Below are positions 57,301 to 64,000 of a stretch of DNA of 64,000 nt, in pieces. How positions within the stretch are numbered: the first letter of the stretch is position 1; every line of letters begins with the position of its first letter. The notes beneath the pieces are model-generated. The model was not told the origin of the DNA and made no database searches. It saw only the letters and a program-made list of their open reading frames with translations. The position numbers and the translations under genes are program-made. Origin of the DNA: Chitinophagales bacterium (GTDB taxonomy: Bacteria > Bacteroidota > Bacteroidia > Chitinophagales > JADJOU01); NCBI GenBank assembly GCA_025455685.1, contig JALOMB010000001.1:19673-83672 (forward strand). The letters are read 5' to 3'.

Positions 57301-57801
57301 TTAGTTTTCGTCTGCCGTAGGCCCAAATGTACTAGGCACTGGAATATCCAGCATCCTAAGATAGACTCCAAGTTGCGCTCGATGATGATATAAATGATTT
57401 AAACACCAAGTTCTACAAATCACACGCTTAGGAAGTTGGTAATAAATAGTATCACCGGAGCGCATAGTCCATATTTTGTCAAATTCAGACTCTTCCACAG
57501 ACTCGAGAATATCCTTGGCTTTATCTTTTAAGTCATGAGCATAGGCAATTAATGCTTCAGAATTACTAAAAGTTTTTGGGGTGAAATCACCTTCTGCGAA
57601 ATTTAACTCGTCATGAACCAAGCATTCTTTCCACCAACCAAGAATACTAGCTAAATGAACAGCCAAAGCACCAAGAGACATAGATTTCTCATGTGGCTTA
57701 TAATCCAATCGATCAAAAGGGACGGCTTGAAGATGATTTAAAGTTGGGATAAATTCATGGGAAAACTCATTCCAAAATGATTCAGCAGTAGTACTTTTCA
57801 T
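57301..57801 (-). CDS. DinB family protein
   Basis: Four-helix DinB pattern with LNHLYHHRAQLGVYLRML (H..HRxQ). Confidence 0.6.
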   Translation of the reverse strand: MKSTTAESFWNEFSHEFIPTLNHLQAVPFDRLDYKPHEKSMSLGALAVHLASILGWWKECLVHDELNFAEGDFTPKTFSNSEALIAYAHDLKDKAKDILESVEESEFDKIWTMRSGDTIYYQLPKRVICRTWCLNHLYHHRAQLGVYLRMLDIPVPSTFGPTADEN

Positions 57802-57825
57802 AGTAAACTTGATTTAAATTTACGG

Positions 57826-57833
57826 CAAAGATA
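57826..57833 (-). promoter_or_regulatory. -7 box (TATCTTTG on minus strand) for DinB family gene
   Basis: Plus strand CAAAGATA; 25 nt upstream of the ATG at 57801. Confidence 0.4.
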
Positions 57834-57854
57834 CCAAAAAAAATAGAAACAAAT

Positions 57855-58277
57855 TTACTTTACGCGATTCCAAACTTGAGTACGTCCAATTATCGAAAGT
57901 CCAAGGAAGCCTCTAACTTTAAGTTTATCCGCACCATCCAAAGACATTTTGCAGCTATAAGTTTTCCCTGATTTAGGATCGGTAATCGTACCACCAGACC
58001 ACTCCGTGCCAGATGCAGACATATTTCTGAGAATTTGAAGCCCTTCGATTGGTTTGTCTTTCATATCACCCGAACATTTGGTGCAAATGACGCTTTCTGG
58101 CTTAATGAGTAATTTATCAATTTTACCATAGAGTTTACCATTCGATTGAAAAATCTCAACGATACTTTTCACTTGTCCGGATTCATCATCGACCGTTTGC
58201 CATTTTCCTACAGGACTCTGAGCCATAAGTTCACTTGCCAACAATATCAACAAACTAAATATTAGAAGTTTTTTCAT
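57855..58277 (-). CDS. DUF2147 domain-containing secreted protein
   Basis: Signal peptide then GKWQTVDDESGQVKSIVEI...GKLYGKI, and GGTITDPKSGKTYSCKM. Confidence 0.55.
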   Translation of the reverse strand: MKKLLIFSLLILLASELMAQSPVGKWQTVDDESGQVKSIVEIFQSNGKLYGKIDKLLIKPESVICTKCSGDMKDKPIEGLQILRNMSASGTEWSGGTITDPKSGKTYSCKMSLDGADKLKVRGFLGLSIIGRTQVWNRVK

Positions 58278-58437
58278 AGTGTAGTAAAATTAAATTAATA
58301 AATTTTTATTGATTTCGAGAATCAATTTTTTTATTTGAATACGATACATGATAAAAGGTTTAATAGAAAATAATTTTTTTTTAATGTTTATAGCCAAAAA
58401 TTAATTTTTTTTAAAGCCGGATTGATTTCAAGTTAAC

Positions 58438-58445
58438 TATTTTTG
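58438..58445 (+). promoter_or_regulatory. -7 box TATTTTTG for BatD-like/batA unit
   Basis: TAnnTTTG match. The ATG at 58452 begins 7 nt after the box, so the mRNA is near-leaderless. Confidence 0.4.
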
Positions 58446-58451
58446 TGGCCT

Positions 58452-59840
58452 ATGAAACGACTAAGTCTTTTGTTTTTTTTAATGTTTTTTGGGTTAAATG
58501 CTTATTCACAGCAAGTAGAGACTAAGGTAAATGCTTCAGAAATCCTTATAGGAGACTATATAGAGCTGACCTATATCCTCAAGGATGACCAAAGCAGATA
58601 TAGTCCTAAAATTGACGATTCGACCTTGAAACCTTTTCGATTTATAGCCCTAAAAAAAGTAGATACACTCTATAGCGCTCAAACCAAAGAATATAAATAC
58701 AATTATATCATCTCCTGCTATGAAGACTCCGTGCAAACCATACCTTCACAACCATTTGTCTCGTTAAATTCAGATACGATATTTGGTGCAGCTATGACCA
58801 TCAAAGTCAATTTAGTAGCGATAGATTCGACTGAAAAAGACATTAAACCGATTAAGCCGACAATCGCTTTGCCATTGAGTCGAGAAGAATTGTTTTCCTA
58901 TTTATTGATGAGTTTATTAGTCTTAGCAATAGTAATCCTAGGCTTCTGGGCCTATATGAAATTTATAGCAAAGCAAAAATTTTCGACAAAAATAGAAAAA
59001 GAAGAAAAAATTCATGTGGTCGCTCTGACTCAGCTCAAAGAGTTAGAAAATTCAGACTTATTAAACAAAGATGTAAAAGCTTATTATCAGAGACTCACAG
59101 ACATAATGCGTCAGTATATAGAAAAAAGATTTGGATTCAATGCTACGGAAATGCTCAGCCATGATATTGTGACGACCTTGGGTGCTTTAGAGCTTTCAAA
59201 TGACATCCTTACCACCTGCCAAAGTACCTTTGAGCTAGCGGATCTAGCCAAATTTGCTAGAGAAAAACATGACTCGACCAAGAACAGAGAAATTTTATCC
59301 CTGACCTACGAATTTATTCAAAAAACACAAGGCATTTCGGATATTAATCAACAGGCCAATGTAAAAGTTGTGAAGAAGTTTTATTCCGTAAATAGGTATT
59401 TATTGCTGAGTGCTTATCAAAATCAACAACTTATTAAAGTTATGATTTTAGGGATGCTGTCGAGTTTTGCCTGTATAGCACTTTTATTAATCATCGGTTA
59501 TACTTTTGAACTCTATATAGTACTCAACTTTGTAGCGAATTATCCAATTTGGTATTTTGTAGGTATGGCGGTCTTAGGCTCTATAATTACGTTAGGATTC
59601 TTCGCTTATATCAGAGCCAAGATGGCAAGCTATGAAGTAGTATTTGATTTTTCACAGTTGATTTTTCGAAAAAGTCCAATTTTTTATAGTGAAATCAAAG
59701 AAATCCAGGCTTCCAAAAAAGGGTTGGATATTTACCTAAAAGACCAGAAGAAAATTACAATCCACCCATATACAGAGCACTATGATGAAGTCCAAGAAAG
59801 GCTTTTTGATATACAGCAACAAAATCAAATGACAAACTAA
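58452..59840 (+). CDS. composite membrane protein: BatD-like N-terminal beta domain + DUF4381-like TM/helical region + extra 2-TM C-terminal module
   Basis: Signal peptide MKRLSLLFFLMFFGLNAYSQQ starts at the ATG at 58452 (the listed TTG lies in the -7 box). DIKPIKP followed by a TM helix resembles the protein preceding batA in Bat operons. Confidence 0.4.
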   Translation: MKRLSLLFFLMFFGLNAYSQQVETKVNASEILIGDYIELTYILKDDQSRYSPKIDDSTLKPFRFIALKKVDTLYSAQTKEYKYNYIISCYEDSVQTIPSQPFVSLNSDTIFGAAMTIKVNLVAIDSTEKDIKPIKPTIALPLSREELFSYLLMSLLVLAIVILGFWAYMKFIAKQKFSTKIEKEEKIHVVALTQLKELENSDLLNKDVKAYYQRLTDIMRQYIEKRFGFNATEMLSHDIVTTLGALELSNDILTTCQSTFELADLAKFAREKHDSTKNREILSLTYEFIQKTQGISDINQQANVKVVKKFYSVNRYLLLSAYQNQQLIKVMILGMLSSFACIALLLIIGYTFELYIVLNFVANYPIWYFVGMAVLGSIITLGFFAYIRAKMASYEVVFDFSQLIFRKSPIFYSEIKEIQASKKGLDIYLKDQKKITIHPYTEHYDEVQERLFDIQQQNQMTN

Positions 59841-59850
59841 ATTAGAGAAA

Positions 59851-60792
59851 ATGAATGATTTGATTTTTGAGAATAAATGGGCATGGATATTTTTGTTAAT
59901 ACCTTTGTTCTTGATCTTTTGGCATTATTTCTATGGAAAAAAATCACATAGTCATCTAGGGTATCATTTACCTAAGAATCAAGAAAATAAATCATTAAAG
60001 TTAAAAGTCAAGCCTCTTTTGCCTCTTTTGCCAATTGTATCCGCCTTTCTTCTGGTTTTAGCTATCGCTAAACCAACCAAACAAAGCAAAAATGATAAGG
60101 TTTATGACAACGGGATAGATATCATTTTAGCTATGGATATTTCTAGGTCTATGCTCGAAGAGGACTTCACACCTAACCGACTTGAAGCGTCTAAAGTAGT
60201 AGCTCAAGAGTTTATCAAGAAAAGAATTAATGACAGAGTTGGTATCGTGGTATTTTCTGGAGAGAGTTTTGTATTATGTCCGCCGACGATAGACCATGGC
60301 ATGGCTATAGATCAGGTAAAAAGCATAGAAAATGGTATCATTCAAGACGGTACGGCCATAGGAATGGGTTTAGCCTCTGCAGTAAGAAGTCTTCAACACT
60401 CCAAAAGCAAATCCAAAGTTGTCATTTTGCTCACCGATGGTGTCAATACCACAGGGACAATTGACCCTTATACGGCAATAGATATAGCGAAAAAATTCCA
60501 GGTAAAAGTATATACTATTGGTATTGGAACGCCAAAAAATAATATTCTCGGTATTGATGAACCGCTCATGAGAAAAATCTCTAGTGAAACTCAGGGAAAA
60601 TATTATAGAGCCCAAAATAAACAATCACTGAATCAAGTCTATGAAGAAATCAACAAACTAGAGACCTATGAAATAGAAAAAACGTCTTTGATTAAACGTA
60701 AAGATGTTTTTTATTGGTTTGCTTTTCCAGCGTTTTTATTATTACTATTTTATATAATTTTAGAATATTACTATGCGAAGTCGCTGACGTAA
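59851..60792 (+). CDS. batA: VWA domain-containing protein, BatA-like
   Basis: N- and C-terminal TM helices; MIDAS DISRSM; LLTDGVNT; collinear with Bacteroides BatA. Confidence 0.75.
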   Translation: MNDLIFENKWAWIFLLIPLFLIFWHYFYGKKSHSHLGYHLPKNQENKSLKLKVKPLLPLLPIVSAFLLVLAIAKPTKQSKNDKVYDNGIDIILAMDISRSMLEEDFTPNRLEASKVVAQEFIKKRINDRVGIVVFSGESFVLCPPTIDHGMAIDQVKSIENGIIQDGTAIGMGLASAVRSLQHSKSKSKVVILLTDGVNTTGTIDPYTAIDIAKKFQVKVYTIGIGTPKNNILGIDEPLMRKISSETQGKYYRAQNKQSLNQVYEEINKLETYEIEKTSLIKRKDVFYWFAFPAFLLLLFYIILEYYYAKSLT

Positions 60793-60807
60793 TAGAAAAA
60801 TCAACGA

Positions 60808-61557
60808 CTAATACCGAGTTAATCCTCCACAAACAGCCAAAGTCTGACCTGTGATATAAGAGCTCATATCAGACCCTAAAAACACAACGGTTTGAGCGAC
60901 TTCATTAGCTTGTGCAAAACGACGCATAGGAATTTGAGCTAAGTATTTAGTTTTCAATTCCTCAGGAAGACTATCCGTCATTTCCGTTTCGATGAAGCCC
61001 GGAGCAATTACATTACAGCGAACATTTCGAGAACCTAGCTCATCAGCAAGAGATTTGCTAAAGCCAATAATTCCTGCTTTGGATGCCGCATAGTTTGCTT
61101 GGCCCGCCTGCCCTAGAAGTCCTATGACAGAAGAAATATTTACGATAGATCCTTTTCTTTGTTTGAGCATGTGTTGCGATACGAATTTAGATAGATTAAA
61201 CGTAGATTTCAGATTATTATTCATAACCGTATCCCACTGCTCTTCCGTCATACGAAGCATTAATGTATCTCGAGTGACCCCTGCATTATTCACCAAAATA
61301 TCAATTTGACCGAAATCACCTATGACGGCTTCCGTAAGCGACTTAGCAGCCGAAAAATCTGCTGCATCGGACTGATAGGCTTTGGCATGAATACCTAAGG
61401 CAAGGAGAGTTTTTTCTAATTCTAGCGCGGATGCAGTACTCGAATGATACGTAAAGGCGACGTTTGCACCTGAGTTTGCTAGCGCGAGACAAATAGCCTT
61501 TCCGATACCACGGCTGCCTCCTGTGACTAAAGCGACTTGATTTTGGAGCAATTTCAT
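60808..61557 (-). CDS. fabG: 3-oxoacyl-[acyl-carrier-protein] reductase
   Basis: TGGSRGIG, NNAG, YAASKAG. Confidence 0.85.
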   Translation of the reverse strand: MKLLQNQVALVTGGSRGIGKAICLALANSGANVAFTYHSSTASALELEKTLLALGIHAKAYQSDAADFSAAKSLTEAVIGDFGQIDILVNNAGVTRDTLMLRMTEEQWDTVMNNNLKSTFNLSKFVSQHMLKQRKGSIVNISSVIGLLGQAGQANYAASKAGIIGFSKSLADELGSRNVRCNVIAPGFIETEMTDSLPEELKTKYLAQIPMRRFAQANEVAQTVVFLGSDMSSYITGQTLAVCGGLTRY

Positions 61558-61627
61558 ATGATAATTTTTAGAAAGACAAAGAAAACAAATTTTCTTTTAA
61601 TGCAGTGAAAAAAATCCAAATATCCCA

Positions 61628-61635
61628 CAAATATA
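61628..61635 (-). promoter_or_regulatory. -7 box (TATATTTG on minus strand), candidate fabG promoter
   Basis: Plus strand CAAATATA; 71 nt upstream of the ATG at 61557. Confidence 0.3.
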
Positions 61636-61639
61636 ACGA

Positions 61640-62776
61640 TTAAACGAAGAATTTACGTATTTTTTCTATGATAAAATTTCTTTGGTCGTCGCTCATATGC
61701 GTATGCATCGGGAGCGATATCACTTCTTGACTCAGTTGCTCACTATTCGCTAAGGAAATCCTATCATCATATTCCGTATGATAAGCAGGCTGCTGATGAA
61801 GCGGTTTTGGATAATAAATCATGGATGGGATCTGATGAGATAAAAGGAATTTTTGAAATTCATCTCGCCTTCCATCCAAAATCTTAAGGGTATATTGATG
61901 ATATACATGACTAGAATAATCCATGGTTTGAGGCGTAAGGATTGCGTCAATATCATTTAAAGCATTCGTATAAAAACTAGCTAGATTTCTTCTAGAGGCT
62001 ATATATTCATCTAAATGAGTAAGCTTAATAGTTAAAATGCCAGCATGAATTGCATCTAGTCTAGAATTAACTCCAACTATGTCGTGAATGTATTTCTGAC
62101 TTAACTGTCCATGGTCACAAATTCCTGATATCTGTTGGAATAAATCTGCCTTATTACAGAAAATTGCACCGCCATCACCATAAGTACCTAGATTTTTGGA
62201 AGGAAAAAAAGAAGTAGTACCTAAGTCGCCTATTGTACCACAGAATTTTTCTGAACCGTTGCTAAATCTATATTTTGCGCCAATTGCTTGGGCGTTATCT
62301 TCTATAATCGCTACATGATGTTCTTTTGCCCAAGCTAGGATAGGCTCCATATCGGCACTCTGACCATAGAGATGAACGGGTATGGCAGCTTTGATATCCC
62401 GATGAATTTCAGAAATTAAATCAAGTTGAGAAACGTCTAAATTAAACGATTTCATACAGACGTCTATGAAAACAGGTTTGAGTTGCAACAAAGCAATTAC
62501 TTCCGCAGAAGCGACATAAGTCCAAGAAGGCACGAGGACTTTGTCCCCAGGCTTTAAGTTAAGTGCCATTAAAGCGACCTGTAAAGCATCTGTTCCATTG
62601 GCACAACCTAAAACGTATTTAGATTGAATATATTGACTCAGTTGGTCTTGAAATTCAGAAACGTAATTACCTTTGATGTAGTGGCTAGAGGATAGAATTT
62701 CAGAGATTTTTTCTAAGATTTGTGGTTTGATATCCTCGATTTGGGCAGTCAAATCCACCATTTGTATTGGTTTCAT
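61640..62776 (-). CDS. DegT/DnrJ/EryC1/StrS family sugar aminotransferase
   Basis: GCANGTDAL, SFFPSKNLGTYGDGGA (PLP lysine), NSRLD. Confidence 0.85.
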   Translation of the reverse strand: MKPIQMVDLTAQIEDIKPQILEKISEILSSSHYIKGNYVSEFQDQLSQYIQSKYVLGCANGTDALQVALMALNLKPGDKVLVPSWTYVASAEVIALLQLKPVFIDVCMKSFNLDVSQLDLISEIHRDIKAAIPVHLYGQSADMEPILAWAKEHHVAIIEDNAQAIGAKYRFSNGSEKFCGTIGDLGTTSFFPSKNLGTYGDGGAIFCNKADLFQQISGICDHGQLSQKYIHDIVGVNSRLDAIHAGILTIKLTHLDEYIASRRNLASFYTNALNDIDAILTPQTMDYSSHVYHQYTLKILDGRRDEFQKFLLSHQIPSMIYYPKPLHQQPAYHTEYDDRISLANSEQLSQEVISLPMHTHMSDDQRNFIIEKIRKFFV

Positions 62777-62795
62777 ATTGTGTGATTTATAGCGA

Positions 62796-62803
62796 CAAAA
62801 GTA
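62796..62803 (-). promoter_or_regulatory. -7 box (TACTTTTG on minus strand) for DegT aminotransferase gene
   Basis: Plus strand CAAAAGTA; 20 nt upstream of the ATG at 62776. Confidence 0.4.
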
Positions 62804-62833
62804 GAAAATTTATCCTAAAATCAGATTATTTAT

Positions 62834-62841
62834 TATCTTTG
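62834..62841 (+). promoter_or_regulatory. -7 box TATCTTTG for rnpB
   Basis: TAnnTTTG match ending 5 nt before the first P1 nucleotide (62847). The predicted TSS coincides with the mature 5' end region. Confidence 0.55.
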
Positions 62842-62846
62842 CGCCG

Positions 62847-63212
62847 GTAAAAGCCTATAATAGACTATCGCTGCGCGCAAGCGGAGAGGAAAGTCCGGAC
62901 AGCACAGAGCATCGTGCCACCTAACGGGTGGGCCTAGACGGAAAGTGTCGCAGAAAATAACCGCCTCACTAGATTTCTAGTGAGGTAAGGGTGAAAAAGT
63001 GAGGTAAGAGCTCACTATTTGCTTAGGCAACTAAGTGGATGGATAAACCCCACGAGCTGAAAGACCAAATAAATCTCGAAGAGGCTGCTCGCTTCGCCCA
63101 TTAGGATAGAGAAGGGTAGGTCGTAAGAGGCTATTCGCGAGGATAGTCCTAGATAAATGATAGTCATCGGGGTGACTCGAGACAGAATCCGGCTTATTTT
63201 ATAGGCTTTTAC
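62847..63212 (+). ncRNA. rnpB: RNase P RNA, bacterial type A
   Basis: Perfect 14-bp P1 helix (62847..62860 pairs with 63199..63212); CR-I GAGGAAAGTCCGGAC; GGGTGAAAAAGTGAGGTAAGAGC; CR-V ACAGAATCCGGCTTA; T-run after P1; -7 box 6 nt upstream. Confidence 0.9.
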
Positions 63213-63248
63213 TTTTTTTATTTTAACAGGAAAATTAAAGAATTTTTG

Positions 63249-63256
63249 TATTTTTG
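63249..63256 (+). promoter_or_regulatory. -7 box TATTTTTG upstream of a 22-codon sORF and the ATPase gene
   Basis: TAnnTTTG match. The ATG of the sORF (63261) begins 5 nt after the box. Confidence 0.35.
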
Positions 63257-63290
63257 GGAAATGAATCCAGAAGAATTTGTATCGTTTAGT

Positions 63291-63298
63291 TATATTTG
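63291..63298 (+). promoter_or_regulatory. -7 box TATATTTG, alternative promoter for the ATPase gene
   Basis: TAnnTTTG match 28 nt upstream of the ATG at 63326; lies inside the candidate sORF. Confidence 0.35.
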
Positions 63299-63325
63299 TA
63301 TTTTTGTTTATTATTTAAAAATTCC

Positions 63326-64000
63326 ATGAAAATTAAAGCCCTCTATTTAAAAAATTTTAAAAGATTTTCAGAGCTAAATATTGAAGATATTCCTGTAGAT
63401 AATAAACTAGTACTTTTGATAGGTTCTAATGGATCGGGAAAATCCTCTGTTTTTGACGCTTTTGGATATATTGACAATATCATTAAATGTGATGTAAATG
63501 TCAATCAAGAATTCTACAAATATTATAAAAAAAATGCAAATGAACAAATGTCTATTAAACTCTGTATGAACGATTCTGAGATTATTCTAACGGATAAACT
63601 ATTAACTACGCCAAATAATATAAAGGACTTAAATACAAATTCGTTTTATGGAAGGACGAGCTTCAGACAGATTTCAAAACTTACTAGAATTTCCTTGGGA
63701 CAAGGAGATTCGCTAGAAATCCAAAAAGACAACGATAGGCCAAAAAGTTTTATTGAGCGAGATATTAGATTTGAAAATGATGTAGAGAAAATCACGGCGG
63801 AAATTCTAAAAGATTTCTTCAGAAATAATGAAAATAATAAAATAAAAGAAACGATTATCGACCCTATAAATAAAGCGCTTCACAATGTTTTTAATCACAA
63901 GAATGGTACAAGTTTACAATTAATAGAAATCATTCCCCCACTTGAAGGCAAAGTAGCTCAAATTACCTTTAAAAAAGGAAAATCAGAATTTCATTATAAT
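63326..64000 (+). CDS. P-loop ATPase of the SMC/RecF/OLD-like (AAA_15/21/23-type) class, 3'-truncated by window edge
   Basis: MKIKALYLKNFKRFSELNIEDIPVDNKLVLLIGSNGSGKSSVFDAFGY is the classic N-terminal beta-strand plus Walker A of this class. The frame is open to nt 64000. It is not in the ORF track because it has no stop. Confidence 0.6.
   Translation, partial: MKIKALYLKNFKRFSELNIEDIPVDNKLVLLIGSNGSGKSSVFDAFGYIDNIIKCDVNVNQEFYKYYKKNANEQMSIKLCMNDSEIILTDKLLTTPNNIKDLNTNSFYGRTSFRQISKLTRISLGQGDSLEIQKDNDRPKSFIERDIRFENDVEKITAEILKDFFRNNENNKIKETIIDPINKALHNVFNHKNGTSLQLIEIIPPLEGKVAQITFKKGKSEFHYN

Noticed and set aside
58308-58334. Hairpin plus T-run resembling a plus-strand rho-independent terminator
   Set aside because: No plus-strand gene ends upstream of it, because the flanking gene is on the minus strand and starts there. 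I reinterpreted it as a possible operator (see findings).
1-64000. Scan by eye for CRISPR arrays, IS elements/transposases, integrases, prophage genes, tRNA/rRNA/tmRNA
   Set aside because: None was recognised. All intergenic gaps longer than 100 nt were read (10841..11031, 20301..20673, 22063..22207, 57184..57300, 58278..58451, 62777..63325), and only rnpB was found. A covariance-model and tRNAscan run would be needed to be certain.

Overview
Densely coding, low-GC chromosomal segment that looks like Bacteroidota (Flavobacteriia/Cytophagia-like). The phylum call rests on TAnnTTTG '-7' promoter boxes correctly placed upstream of about 20 genes, a MurF-Alr fusion gene, BatA, a LemA/TPM module, and DUF2147/DUF3109-type genes. 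I support about 61 protein genes and one RNA gene (RNase P RNA, 62847..63212). I saw no IS/transposase, integrase, tRNA, rRNA or CRISPR array. The left 10.8 kb is an AT-richer glycan (O-antigen/capsule-like) locus. It holds an RmlC-type epimerase, two C-methyltransferase-family enzymes, a CmcI-family methyltransferase, a short SDR, five glycosyltransferases and a gmd-rmd pair. The rest is mostly housekeeping: uvrD, hisS, idi, mnmG, ybeY, anmK, murF-alr, ruvC, hpt, clpP, dusB, tpiA, pepN-like, truA, korA, uppS and fabG. Small accessory modules are interspersed. Items most worth a second look: (1) the AT-rich locus starting right after rnpB, with a possible leaderless 22-aa hydrophobic sORF ATGA-coupled to a P-loop SMC/OLD-like ATPase cut by the window end; (2) two identical GC-cored 14-bp perfect palindromes inside ybeY, in different reading frames; (3) an MbnP/MbnH-like pair with a 62-nt gene overlap; (4) a chlamydial ClpP1-type ClpP paralog in an odd operon; (5) a 373-bp extremely AT-rich non-coding region with DnaA-box-like motifs; (6) the branched/methylated deoxysugar locus. 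All homology calls come from motif recognition by eye. No searches or computations were run. Several ORF-track starts (TTG/GTG extensions) were corrected using signal peptides and promoter boxes.
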